Assembly: GCA_965242695.1 (NCBI GenBank)
Contig: CBDESU010000002.1
Location: forward strand, 576,001 to 640,000
Length of the DNA stretch: 64,000 nucleotides
Direction: 5' to 3'
Source of the DNA: Cenarchaeum sp.
GTDB taxonomy: Archaea; Thermoproteota; Nitrososphaeria; Nitrososphaerales; Nitrosopumilaceae
Below, in pieces: positions 28,836 through 39,030 of the stretch; within the stretch, counting starts at the first letter, position 1; each line of letters opens with the position of its first letter. A model generated the notes under the pieces. It had not been told where the DNA came from. It ran no database searches and worked only from the letters and a program-made list of their open reading frames with translations. The position numbers and the translations under genes were made by a program.

Positions 28836-29942
28836 GTGAGGGTCGGCGTAGTGACGCGCTGGCTGGACAGGGTCGGCGGCACAGAGACCGCAACCCTGTC
28901 CATGCTGGGAATACTTGCCGGCGCGGGGCACGGCGTCACGCTGTACACGAACGCCCCGCCCGCATCCGTGCCGCGCGGCGTCTCGATCGCCGTGCCGAAA
29001 AATCCCGCCCCGCCGTTTCCGTCGAGGCCGCCCCTGCCGCGCGGCTTCCACCCGTACCGCGGCGGGCATGCGGGGCTCATGGGCATGTCCGACGACGACG
29101 TCCTCGTCGTGTCCGACTGGGAGGCGTTCGCCGAGCCGACCCGCGCCCGCAGGATACTCTGGTACTTCCACCTGCCCCCCGAAAGGGAGAGGGCCGTGCT
29201 ACGCGCCGGCCCGCCGCCGCTGTGGCCCGGAAAGTGGCCCCGCCGCGCGTACCAGCGACTCCTTGTCCGCCGGAGGCTGTCGGGGTTCGACCTGGGCAGG
29301 ACCGTGCTGGTCCCCAACTCGCTCTACACGGCGCGGATACTGCGCGACGTGTTCGGCCGCGCGCCCGGCCCCGTCCTGTACCCGCCCGTGCGCGTCGCCG
29401 AGATGGAGGCGCACAGGGGGCGGCCCAAGCGGCGGCGCGCCGCAACCGTGGCCGCGTACTGGGAGCACAAGCGGCACGGCATGGCCATGAGGGCCGCCGC
29501 GGCGGCCGGCGTCGAGTGGGTGTCGATCGGGGCGGCGGCGGGGCCCGGATGCGCCGGCAGGGTGGCCGCGCTGAGGAGGGCGGCGGGGCCCGGCGCCGAC
29601 ATACGGACGGACGTGGGCAGGGCCGAGCTCGTAGAGGCCGTATCCTCGTCAAGGGTGTACCTGCATGCCGCCGACGAGGCGTTCGGCATCGCCGTCGTAG
29701 AGGCTGTTGCGGCGGGGTGCGTGCCGATCGTGCACAACGGGGCGGCCAACGCCGAGACCGTGCCGTTTGGCGAGCTGAGGTTCGACACCGAGGCGGAGGC
29801 GGCCGCAAAGGTGCGGGCGGCCGCGGACGGCCGGTACGACGGGTACCTGCCGCGCCTGGCCGAGCATGCGCGCAGGTTCTCCGAGGAGGCGTTCGCGCGG
29901 AGGCTGCTGCGGATGATCGGGGACGGTGCGGGCGGGGGCTAG
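28836..29942 (+). CDS. GT4 family glycosyltransferase
   Basis: GGTE, PNSLYT, VLYPPV, EAFGIAVVEA; divergent promoter CTTATAG at ~28807. Confidence 0.9.
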   Translation: MRVGVVTRWLDRVGGTETATLSMLGILAGAGHGVTLYTNAPPASVPRGVSIAVPKNPAPPFPSRPPLPRGFHPYRGGHAGLMGMSDDDVLVVSDWEAFAEPTRARRILWYFHLPPERERAVLRAGPPPLWPGKWPRRAYQRLLVRRRLSGFDLGRTVLVPNSLYTARILRDVFGRAPGPVLYPPVRVAEMEAHRGRPKRRRAATVAAYWEHKRHGMAMRAAAAAGVEWVSIGAAAGPGCAGRVAALRRAAGPGADIRTDVGRAELVEAVSSSRVYLHAADEAFGIAVVEAVAAGCVPIVHNGAANAETVPFGELRFDTEAEAAAKVRAAADGRYDGYLPRLAEHARRFSEEAFARRLLRMIGDGAGGG

Positions 29943-30015
29943 GCGGGGAGGGGCTCTTCCCGCAGCTGCCGAGCCCTGGACTCGGGCCGGATCCGACGCG
30001 CTGCGTTTGCCCGCG

Positions 30016-31074
30016 CTACCCGGCGCCGCCGCCGGCCGCGGGCGGCCGGTCGGCGGGAACGCCGGCCGGCATGTTCGGACCCATGGGCATCGAATGGAGC
30101 CGCCGGCCGAACTCGGCCACACGCGGCCGGCCGGGATCGATCCCGCGCGCGGCAGCTACTGCGCCGACCATGAGCATCGCGGACGCGACGAGCGACACGG
30201 CGGCCGCCGCCGGCCCGTCAAGGCCGGTCTCGATCCGACAGACGGGGACGGTCCGCGGGATCAGCGAGAGCGTCCTGTCCGCCAGATCCCTCGACTGCGG
30301 CGAGACGAGCGCCACGATGCCGGCCCGCTCCGCCGCATCGGCCACAAGGCCATAGTGCCTCCCGTGCGCAAAGTTGCGGTAGTCGGCCACCTGGGCCGCG
30401 GCCAGGCCCGACTCGGACATCTTCGACTCGATGTCGGTTGCCGCGGCCCTGCCCCACACGTCGTGCAGCACGACCAGCCGGCCGGCCGCCTCGATCCCGC
30501 CCAGGTCCGGCGCCGCGGCGCCGAGCCGGCCGTACCCGGGCGGCAGGGACGCGGCGCCCAGGGTCTCGTACGCCCTGGCCAGCCACACGCACGATGCGAG
30601 CACCGAAATGGTCGCAAGAAAGCCGTCCCGGCCGGCCGGGGCGGCGGCGGCCTGGACGATGGCGGATCGCCGCTGCGCCGCAAGCCTGCCCACCCTGCCG
30701 CCGTCGCCTCCGCCGCCGCCGCCGGACGACACGATGCACACGTTGCGCCCCGGCTCGGCGCTTGCAGCCTCGAACGCGGCCGCAATGTCGCCGTTGTTGC
30801 CGCCGGACGTGGCGAGCAGGACGGATGCGGGGCCGCCAAGGCGGCCCCCGTACACGAGGTCCATCGGCGTCGTTGCGCACGCCGGCGAGCCGGCCTGCCT
30901 GTGCAGGACGGCGGCAAGGGCCGCCGTCGTCAGCGAGCCGCCCGACCCCACCGCATACAGCGGGCTGCCGGCGGCGCGCTCGACGAACCGCGCAAGGGCC
31001 GAGACGTCCGAGCCGGCGGCCCACTCGTAGGTGCCCGGCAGCAGGCCCATCTCCTCGGCGTACGGCCTTCCCAT
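30016..31074 (-). CDS. SIS (sugar isomerase) domain protein
   Basis: AVGSGGSLT, TSGGNNGDI, DGFLAT.S, DIESKMSESGL, DYRNFAHGRH. Confidence 0.82.
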   Translation of the reverse strand: MGRPYAEEMGLLPGTYEWAAGSDVSALARFVERAAGSPLYAVGSGGSLTTAALAAVLHRQAGSPACATTPMDLVYGGRLGGPASVLLATSGGNNGDIAAAFEAASAEPGRNVCIVSSGGGGGGDGGRVGRLAAQRRSAIVQAAAAPAGRDGFLATISVLASCVWLARAYETLGAASLPPGYGRLGAAAPDLGGIEAAGRLVVLHDVWGRAAATDIESKMSESGLAAAQVADYRNFAHGRHYGLVADAAERAGIVALVSPQSRDLADRTLSLIPRTVPVCRIETGLDGPAAAAVSLVASAMLMVGAVAAARGIDPGRPRVAEFGRRLHSMPMGPNMPAGVPADRPPAAGGGAG

Positions 31075-31191
31075 GCGGGAGCGGCGCCGCGCGGGCGATA
31101 AATTCCCTGCGGGCTGGCCGGCGGGGGCCCGGCGCCGCACCCTCCCCGCGCGGGCCACACTGCATAAATCCGGCGCGGGAGGCCGGCGCCC

Positions 31192-32190
31192 GTGGGCGGC
31201 AAAAAGGGGGAGGATGCGCCCGGCGGGGACGCCTTGATGTCTGCGACCGACAGGGCCTCCATGGAGATAGAAAAGGTCCTGCAGGAGGGCCAGGACCCGG
31301 CCGCCTTGCGGACCGGCCGGGCCGGCAAGGCCCTTGACGACCTCGACAAGGAGCTGGGGGCGGAAGAGCAGGACTCCGAAGTCCAAATCACGAGGGCCTA
31401 CATACGGCTCATCAAGGGCGAGTGGAGGGAGGGGCTTGCCATGTTCAACGGCCTTGCGCGGGCAGATCCCAGGATGGCCGATGCCCACGTGGGGAGGGGG
31501 GAGGCGCTGCTCGGGATGGGCAGGCACAAGAGGGCGCTTGCCGCGTTCAGCAGGGCGGTCCGGCTCGATCCCAGAATGGCAAAGGCCCACGCAGGGGTGG
31601 GCGAGGTGCTTCTCGAGGCCGGCCGCCCCAAGAGGGCGCTGCACGCGCTAGACAGGGCCGTGTCGCTTAACCCAAACGACCCGGGCATACACCGCAACCG
31701 CGGCATAGCGCTGCGCCGGATCGGACTCCCCAAGAGGGCGCTGCACGCGCTAGACAGGGCCGTGTCGCTGGATCCCGGCGTGTGGTCGTTCCACCTTGAG
31801 CGCGGCGAGGCCCTGCGGGATGCCGGGAGGCCCGCCGAGGCGCTCTCCGCGCTAGACAGGGCCGTGTCGCTGAACTCGCGCCAGGCCGAGGCGCACGCGG
31901 CGCGCGGCCGCATCCTCCTGGACCTGGGGCGCGACGCCGAGGCGCTCTCCGCGCTCGACACGGCGGGGCGGCTCGAGCCGAACATGGCCAGCGTCCACGT
32001 CTACCGCTGCGTCGTCCTGGCCAAGATGGGCCGCGTGGAAAAGGCCGCCGAGGCGCTTGACGAGGCCGGGCGGATCCAGCCGGACCACGAAGGGATCGCC
32101 GAGGCCCGGGACATGCTACGGGCGGCGGCCGGCGGGAAGCAGGAGGGAGCGCGGCGGGGGAAGAAGGGGCAGAACAGGCGGCGCGGCTAG
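31192..32190 (+). CDS. tetratricopeptide repeat protein
   Basis: 34-aa repeats (AL.ALDRAVSL.P..A....RG..L). Confidence 0.92.
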   Translation: MGGKKGEDAPGGDALMSATDRASMEIEKVLQEGQDPAALRTGRAGKALDDLDKELGAEEQDSEVQITRAYIRLIKGEWREGLAMFNGLARADPRMADAHVGRGEALLGMGRHKRALAAFSRAVRLDPRMAKAHAGVGEVLLEAGRPKRALHALDRAVSLNPNDPGIHRNRGIALRRIGLPKRALHALDRAVSLDPGVWSFHLERGEALRDAGRPAEALSALDRAVSLNSRQAEAHAARGRILLDLGRDAEALSALDTAGRLEPNMASVHVYRCVVLAKMGRVEKAAEALDEAGRIQPDHEGIAEARDMLRAAAGGKQEGARRGKKGQNRRRG

Positions 32191-32580
32191 CGGCGCATGC
32201 TGCAGGCCATCTGCCAGTGCGGCCAAGATGCCGCATCAAAGGGCGCATCGCCGGATTCAGGCGGCGGCTTCGAATGCTGGCCGCGGCGCAGGCCGTCCTG
32301 CACAATGCCGCGCATTCTGCGCCGCAATGCCAGAGGCTCGCGCGCCTGCATCCATGGCCCGGGCCGGCCGGCCACACGCGCATTGCTCGCTGTCCGCACA
32401 GGTTCGGCTGGCGCGGGCGATAAAGAGGGGCCCGGCGGTCCTAGTGGCAGGCGCCCTTCAGCCGGAATAATCCCGGCGGTCCCCAACTCCTACTCTGGGC
32501 GCCCCCGGCGCTAGGCGGCCGCGGCGGGCTACAGGCGGCGCGCGGCGCGCGGCACGGCGGCGGCGGGGCAGGCGGCATCT

Positions 32581-35016
32581 TCACTCCTCGTCCGCTGCGC
32601 GGACGATACGCGCCATGCCGGGCAGGGTGCGGTCGTACGACGCAGGCAGGCACGACTTGGCCACCACGGCCATGGCCATCCCAAACTTGTCGTCGTAGTT
32701 CTCGTCTCCGCGAAGGTCGCGATCGAGCAGCAGCGAGGCAACGTACACGCTAAAGCCGAACCGGTTCTTTGCCTCGGCGGGGTCGGCATCGGTGTGGCTT
32801 TTGACGAACTCCACTAGGTAGCGGCAGTCCTCGTTGATCAGGATCGCATCGGACTTGACCTTGCTCACGCTCTCCTCGCCCCACTCCTGCGATTCCCACT
32901 GGTCGCGCGCGACCCAGCGCAGCTCCGGCACGTTGACGCCCGCATCCTTGTCAGGATCGTCGCCGGGGCCGTCACCGCTGCCGCCGTCTGCCCCGGCCGT
33001 ATTGCCCTCTCTGGGGGCGCCATAGTACAGCTGCACAATGCACCGCAGCGGCATGGCGTTGGGCCGCGTCAGGGCAACGATCAGCTCGCCGGCATCTCCG
33101 AACTGCGCCCCCTTTGAGCGGATCTTGACGCGCACGACCCCGTCGTACGGCTCGTGGCAAGAGCCGTCGGATGCATCCGGAAACTGGGAAATCAGCTCGC
33201 CGGCATCTGCCTCGCGCGTCGTGTAGTCGTTGGGCGCATCCGTCTCCAAGTACACGTACGATGTGCCACCATCGTGGGGTATCTGCTTTCTAACAACGGC
33301 CGGCTCTTCGCCGCCAGGCGCCCCACGCACGCGCAGATACGTGGGCATGTAGCTTGGCATGAACTCGGGGGCGGGGCCGCCTCCGTCCCCGCCGCCTCCG
33401 TCCCCGCCGCCTCCGTCCCCGCCGCCTCCGTCCCCGCCGCCTCCGTCCCCGCCGCCTCCGTCCCCGCCGCCTTCTACTGCGGTGCCCCCCGCCTTGAGCA
33501 GCTCGGCTATGTAGGGGTTCCTGCGCACGGCGTTGACGATCGCCTGGTCCATGGACTCGTCGTGCACCGAGGCCGAGTCGTCTAGGCTTTTGTACTCGGC
33601 GTCCAAGGCACGCAGCTGGTCGTCGTGCTTGAGATCATGCATGATGGCCTCCTCGAGGGCCTTGTAGTCGGCGGACTTGCGGACGCGATCCCTCGATGCC
33701 ATGAATATCTTCGTCTTTGTCGTCGGTATGCTGGTCAAGTCCATGTGGACCATCATGTGCGGCGCGAGCGACTCTAGGCCCGTCTCAGACTTCAGCCTAG
33801 CCTCGCTGATCGTTGCGTGCGTCTGGCCGTTTTGCGTTAGCATAACAGCCTCCGATTTAGAGCGGAACCTGCCAATGGGCGCGCCCTTGCCCCGGCCGGG
33901 CCCTCCGCCGCCGGCATCGCCGTACGTCAGCGCGTGCCGGAACACGGTCACTTCTATCAGGTGCTTGCCAAACCCGCTCAGCTTGAACTGTATCTCCCGC
34001 CGCAGGCGGACATGGTCGCCGCCGTCCCGCACCACGCGGCCCCGGTTTCCGTGCATGACGGTTCCGGCGCGTCGCGTCCTGTCGCGGTTCCCAAAGCACG
34101 TGCGCGCATCGACCATCATGATGGGCATCATCGGCGCGTACAGCCTAGAGCTGATCTCGCGGTGCAACGATGACGTGATGGCCGACTTGCCTGGCAGATC
34201 GTACCCGAACATCTTGATGTAGCATCCGTCCTCTAGCTGCTCCCCGCCCGGCAACAGGGGCAGCGGGCCCGCGGGCGCGGTCGGCACCGTCCCGCCAGGC
34301 ACTGCCAGAAACTCGTACCATGTGGTCTTGTTTCCCTCGGGCACGTCCGGCTTTTCCCGGACAAGGGTAAAGCCCCACTCGCCCGAACCGCCCTCGCCCG
34401 CCGCGAGATCGGCGCATCGGCGCGAGACGATCAACTCATACCCCGACGCGCAGAACGGCAAGACGCCCGTCCCGCCCATGTTGTACTTGCCCTGGACGAA
34501 CCTGATCGCATTCTTGTTGCCCCGCTGCAGCGAAAGAAGCGTGCTCTCGAAGTCCTCCGGCTTCTGCCCCTCGCCCCTGTCGGCCACCACTATGTTTGGC
34601 CTCTCCTTGGGGCCGTCGGCGATGATCATGACATCGCGCGCCATCGCGTCGACACGCTCCGGGGGCATCGCGTCAAAGTCGCCCCCCTCTATGCCGAGGT
34701 ATTTCTCGACTGCCTTGCGCATCGTGCGCGGGGATCTAGGGCCTTCGGGATCGTCGCCGGCAAGCCGGCAGGCCTTGAGTAGCACGTGATCCATCGAGTT
34801 GACGGGCTTTTCGCACAGGGCGTTGACGGGGTCGGATTGCTGGCTGTGGACGATGCCGTAGTTGGCCTTGCTGCCGCCGAGGGGCCGCCACTCCATAGCC
34901 CTGAAGAATGGATCCCCGAGCATCTCGGTGACCTCCTTCTCGTCGTGCGCGCCAGCCAGTCGCATGAGCATCTCCCTGCTGGCGGAGGGATCCGGGCGGG
35001 GCGGGGCGGCGGTCAT
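32581..35016 (-). CDS. GHKL (MORC/Hsp90-like) ATPase
   Basis: ALCEKPVNSMD (N box), VADRGEGQ (G1), GKYNMGGTG (G2). Confidence 0.8.
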   Translation of the reverse strand: MTAAPPRPDPSASREMLMRLAGAHDEKEVTEMLGDPFFRAMEWRPLGGSKANYGIVHSQQSDPVNALCEKPVNSMDHVLLKACRLAGDDPEGPRSPRTMRKAVEKYLGIEGGDFDAMPPERVDAMARDVMIIADGPKERPNIVVADRGEGQKPEDFESTLLSLQRGNKNAIRFVQGKYNMGGTGVLPFCASGYELIVSRRCADLAAGEGGSGEWGFTLVREKPDVPEGNKTTWYEFLAVPGGTVPTAPAGPLPLLPGGEQLEDGCYIKMFGYDLPGKSAITSSLHREISSRLYAPMMPIMMVDARTCFGNRDRTRRAGTVMHGNRGRVVRDGGDHVRLRREIQFKLSGFGKHLIEVTVFRHALTYGDAGGGGPGRGKGAPIGRFRSKSEAVMLTQNGQTHATISEARLKSETGLESLAPHMMVHMDLTSIPTTKTKIFMASRDRVRKSADYKALEEAIMHDLKHDDQLRALDAEYKSLDDSASVHDESMDQAIVNAVRRNPYIAELLKAGGTAVEGGGDGGGGDGGGGDGGGGDGGGGDGGGGDGGGPAPEFMPSYMPTYLRVRGAPGGEEPAVVRKQIPHDGGTSYVYLETDAPNDYTTREADAGELISQFPDASDGSCHEPYDGVVRVKIRSKGAQFGDAGELIVALTRPNAMPLRCIVQLYYGAPREGNTAGADGGSGDGPGDDPDKDAGVNVPELRWVARDQWESQEWGEESVSKVKSDAILINEDCRYLVEFVKSHTDADPAEAKNRFGFSVYVASLLLDRDLRGDENYDDKFGMAMAVVAKSCLPASYDRTLPGMARIVRAADEE
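33378..33472. repeat. ~6 x 15-bp tandem repeat encoding GGGDG linker
   Basis: ccgccgcctccgtcc repeated. Confidence 0.92.
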
Positions 35017-35600
35017 GACAGCATCACGCTAGGCCGCCCCCGGAAGTCTTCGTATGGGCAGCAACCGCCCCGCGCGGCTGCCACGCCGCAGGCAACACGA
35101 CCGGGCGGGCGAGTGTGCAGGGAGGGCATGCCCCTGCTCGGCACCGCCGGCATCGCCCACATGTATGCAAACTTGGTGCGGGGAATGTCCCGGGCGCGGG
35201 AGCCGGGGGAGGGCCACGGCGCAACAAGTGAGCCGCGAACACCGGCGGCGGCGGGCGCGGCGACGGAAACACCCCGCCCGCGCACACCGCGCGCGGGCCC
35301 CCGTAGCGCCGCACAAGTCAGGCCCGCACTCGGGCCGTATAATTTGTTTGGAACGCGACGCGCGGCGGCGGGCGCGGGCCTAGTGCGCGGGGCGGCAGGT
35401 TGAATGGCAGATACTGCGCGGCGGGCGCACTCTTGGGCCGCATGCGCGCCAGACGAGGGGCGCCAATGCCAAGGCCTTGCCGCTCCTATCATACCTAAAT
35501 ACAGCCGCGCCTCTGTTCGCCCGTGAAGTGTCAGCGCAAAAAGCCGCAACGTCCCGTCCCCGCCCCACCGGCGCCCCGCACTAGGAGGGGAACCTAGACC

Positions 35601-36557
35601 TTGCCGCCGCGCCTCACCGCCAAGGAGCGGGCCAGAAGGGAGAAGGAGCGCGCCGCGGCCCGCAAGGCCGAGACAGAGAGGCGCCGCAAGGAGGCGGCCG
35701 AGCGCAGGGCCAACCTAAAGGCCGACAAGGGCGAGGTGCGCGGGCTGCTCGCGGGCGCGACGGCCGACCAGATGCGCCGCTTCCTCGAAAAGGAGATGGC
35801 CCGCGACGCTACCGTCCTGGACCGCTTCTCGCACGCAACGGGCATCACGCGCGCGCGCCGCACCGACTACCGGCCGCGCATAGCGGCCCTCTTCAGCAAG
35901 GCCGACTCGCAGGTCGAGGGCAGGGGCGGGGCCGACAAGGTCGACTTTGGCGGGATCACAAAGGCCGCAAAGGGGTTCGAAAAGGCCGGCGACAGGGACG
36001 AGGCGGCGAGGATATACATCCAGCTGTGCGATACCATATCCTCGCACATCAAGACGTCGTTCGACTCGGGCGGCCACTACGAGGCGTGGTACGCGCGGGC
36101 GGTGCGCATGCTAGGCGAGTGCGCCCGAAAGATGGACGACGAAAGGGCTCGGCGCGCCGTCCTCTCAAAAATGATCGACGTCTGCGTAAAGAACGACCCC
36201 GAAAACTACGATGAAGAGTACGACGATGCGCTGCTCGGCGCGCTGGCCAACACCGCCGATGCCGAGTACGTCGTCGGCGCCGTCGGCAAGATGCTCCCAA
36301 AGCGGGCGGCGGGAGGGAAAAGGAGGGGGTGGTCCGCGTCCGAGCACCGCGCGATGACGATCCTCAACCTGTACGGCAAGGCGCTCGCCGCCGCCGGCGA
36401 CGGCGAGGGGCTCGCAAAGTTTGCCACCAAGCACGGCAACCGGACGATAATGCTCCGCAACATAAACGAAAACCTCAAGGCGGCAAAGGACATGAAGCGG
36501 GCCATGGACAGGGCCGTGGCAAAGATGATGGCCGGTAGAAGGCGGCTGCCGCCGTAG
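35601..36557 (+). CDS. alpha-helical protein resembling the C-terminal region of SWIM-finger-associated proteins
   Basis: Charged N-terminus, helical repeats, FDSGG.Y; distant paralog of 37796-38944. Confidence 0.6.
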   Translation: MPPRLTAKERARREKERAAARKAETERRRKEAAERRANLKADKGEVRGLLAGATADQMRRFLEKEMARDATVLDRFSHATGITRARRTDYRPRIAALFSKADSQVEGRGGADKVDFGGITKAAKGFEKAGDRDEAARIYIQLCDTISSHIKTSFDSGGHYEAWYARAVRMLGECARKMDDERARRAVLSKMIDVCVKNDPENYDEEYDDALLGALANTADAEYVVGAVGKMLPKRAAGGKRRGWSASEHRAMTILNLYGKALAAAGDGEGLAKFATKHGNRTIMLRNINENLKAAKDMKRAMDRAVAKMMAGRRRLPP

Positions 36558-36569
36558 GGGGCGCGCACA

Positions 36570-37799
36570 ATGCGCCGATCCGGGCGGCGGGAGCGGACGG
36601 CCCGGCCCGACTCGTCCCGAGCCCCGCATCCGGAGGAGGGAGGCGAGGCTGGGAAGCCGGCAAGTCGGCAGCCGCTCATCGTCCTCGACGGCCACGCCGC
36701 GGTGCAGGCCGCCGTCGGGCGAAGATACTCGTACTCGGGGGACCGCCTCATGCCCGGCCGCTTCTACGCGTACGTGGACGCCAACGCGGGCAGGATTGCG
36801 CTTACCGCCGGCGCAAGAAGCGGGGCGGACAGCAGGATACGGAGCCTGGGAGGCCCGAGGACCAAAAAGCGCACCGTGCTCGCCGAGGAAATCGACGCAA
36901 TGGCATCGGCCGACGCGTCCGGCCACGAGGCGTGGCTCGGCAGCATAGAGGCGATGCAGCGCGGGGCGGCCGGCGATCCGCAGTCTAGGACCGCCAGGAG
37001 GTGGATGAGGCTCAGGGAGGACTCGCTGCCCAGGATCATCCTGGGCGAGGATCGGCCGTGGACAGAGTGCCACATAGCCAAGCTCATGCACCCCGAGGCG
37101 TACATGGTCAAGAACTTGGACGACAAGGGGAGGGCCTACATGCTCGGCTGGCTGTACGACCATGCGGCATCCGCGCGCCTTGTCGCCGCCGAGGCGGCAA
37201 GGGTCGCCGAGGGAAGCGGCGGGAGGGGGGCCATACTCGTCGCCATGAACCCCGACATACTCGCGTTCGCCGGCGAGCTGGAGGCGGCGACAGGCGGCAG
37301 GCTGCGCGTCCTAGATGCGGACCGCGTCAGCCTCGGTCCCACCAAGAAGCAGAGGGCCGAGAGGGCCGAGCGCCTGCGCAGGCTGGTTCCCCGCAGGGGA
37401 CAGCCCCTTACGACGGCCGAGCTGAAGAGGCGGCTCGGGACCAAGAGGCTGGGGCGGCTCACGGCGATCAAAGGAGAGAAAATTGTCGTCATAGTGCGGG
37501 AGCGTGACGACGGACTGACGTACGCGAGGAAGGGGTTCGTCATGTGCGTCGGCGAGGGCGGCGAAAACCAGCAGATGGACAGGAACAACAAGGCCATCCG
37601 CGACGCGGGGCCCGAGGGGCACGACATACTGCTCTTTGAGCGCACCGATGCGGACAGGCTGGCCTTCGTGTCCCGCCTCGGGTACGTCTCGCACAGGATC
37701 AGGCGGGTCGGCGAGGAGGGCAGCCCCTTCGGCGGCAGGATCATCGTGTTCAAGCTCAAGAGGGTCGGCGGGGCCGCGGAGGGCGGAGGTCGCGACTAG
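36570..37799 (+). CDS. protein with C-terminal SRA-like domain and possible degenerate PIN-like N-terminal domain
   Basis: VGEGGENQQMDRNNKAIRD..ILLFE..FV..L.Y..IVFKL resembles SRA-like domains of type IV HNH enzymes. Confidence 0.6.
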   Translation: MRRSGRRERTARPDSSRAPHPEEGGEAGKPASRQPLIVLDGHAAVQAAVGRRYSYSGDRLMPGRFYAYVDANAGRIALTAGARSGADSRIRSLGGPRTKKRTVLAEEIDAMASADASGHEAWLGSIEAMQRGAAGDPQSRTARRWMRLREDSLPRIILGEDRPWTECHIAKLMHPEAYMVKNLDDKGRAYMLGWLYDHAASARLVAAEAARVAEGSGGRGAILVAMNPDILAFAGELEAATGGRLRVLDADRVSLGPTKKQRAERAERLRRLVPRRGQPLTTAELKRRLGTKRLGRLTAIKGEKIVVIVRERDDGLTYARKGFVMCVGEGGENQQMDRNNKAIRDAGPEGHDILLFERTDADRLAFVSRLGYVSHRIRRVGEEGSPFGGRIIVFKLKRVGGAAEGGGRD

Positions 37800-38944
37800 C
37801 CGCGGCTGCGGCTGCGGGCGGCCGTCGTGCCCATCCCGCCTAGCCGTTCCATGAGGGCCCTGCGCCGGCCGTACCTGCGGCGCAGCCCGCTTGCGTACCT
37901 CTCAAGCCTTGGCTCTTGGCCGGGTATGCTGCGCATCCTGCGAAGGCATTCGCCCACGATGCGGTAGTCGCCGCCGCTTTTGCCCTCCTTTATTGCCCGC
38001 TCCGCTCTTTTCTTGTATGCGGCAAACAGGCGCTCCCCGTGCCTCGGCGTGGCTAGGGCGTCGTGGTACCGCCTAGGCAGGGCGCCGCGCCAGCGGGCGG
38101 AAAGCACTGTATCTGCCAGCTCGTCGACCATGCCCTCCCCGTGCAGCACCGCCGCAAGCAGATCCTCCCTGCCCTCCAAATCCCTGATCAGCTCGCACCT
38201 GTCGGCGGCCCAGAGCGGCGATCGCCTCTTCAGCTCGTCAAGGTGTTCCTGCGAGCCGGTCAGGACGAACATGCGGCGCAGAGAGGCGCGGTAGTCGGCG
38301 CCCGGCCTCGGGCAGAGCAAGAGCGCAAGCGACTGGACTTCTTTCGACTTGGGAAACCTCCGCGCCCCGTAGGCTGCGATCCGCCCGGCCTTGCCCGGGT
38401 CCCCGCCATCCTGCAGCCGCCGCAGGTATTCTGCGCAGATGCCGGCGCTCTGCGTGTACGTAGAGGCCAGCTGCAGGTCGCGGGCAGCAACGGCGCCTGC
38501 CTTTGCGCACCTCTTGGCCCCCGTGTTGCACTCGTCAAAGATCTCTTTGAACTCGCTTTCCCACTCATTAAAGGATGGCATGTTCTCATATAGAACCTCG
38601 GAGAGGTGCCGGTACAGCCGCTCTGCCTCGAGCAGGTTGCCCCTGCGCTCTAGCGTGCGCGCCTCGTCGAGCACGGGAGACAGGTCGAGGTCGGTTTCGG
38701 CGAACGACTCGACGTCGTAGCCCCCCATCATCTGCGAGACCTCAAGGGCCCTGTCAAACATGTCTCGGATGCGCCGGCGGTGGTCGGTCTCGACACGCCC
38801 CCTTGCCGCCTTGAACCTGTCAATGACGTCCGGATCGAGGGCCGCCTCGGCCCTTAGAAATTCGCGCACCTCGCCATCGGTGACGGCATACGAGGCGTCG
38901 TCCGCCGCCGCTTCCGTCGCCGTTGCGGCCCTGCGCCCTGCCAC
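37796..38944 (-). CDS. alpha-helical SWIM-associated-like protein
   Basis: EVREFL..RTDHRRRI..; C-terminal Y......L..M....LRRRY.RRRALMERL. Confidence 0.65.
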   Translation of the reverse strand: MAGRRAATATEAAADDASYAVTDGEVREFLRAEAALDPDVIDRFKAARGRVETDHRRRIRDMFDRALEVSQMMGGYDVESFAETDLDLSPVLDEARTLERRGNLLEAERLYRHLSEVLYENMPSFNEWESEFKEIFDECNTGAKRCAKAGAVAARDLQLASTYTQSAGICAEYLRRLQDGGDPGKAGRIAAYGARRFPKSKEVQSLALLLCPRPGADYRASLRRMFVLTGSQEHLDELKRRSPLWAADRCELIRDLEGREDLLAAVLHGEGMVDELADTVLSARWRGALPRRYHDALATPRHGERLFAAYKKRAERAIKEGKSGGDYRIVGECLRRMRSIPGQEPRLERYASGLRRRYGRRRALMERLGGMGTTAARSRSRG

Positions 38945-39030
38945 GCAGCCGGCCGCGCCAGCCCTTGCAAAAAGTGTTGGCGCCGGGCGGGCCGCGCTGC
39001 CGCGAATCCCGTCTTGGCACAGAACGGGCA

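Noticed and set aside
32191-32580. Possible small gene or ncRNA between the TPR and GHKL genes
   Set aside because: No recognisable motif, repeat or convincing ORF.
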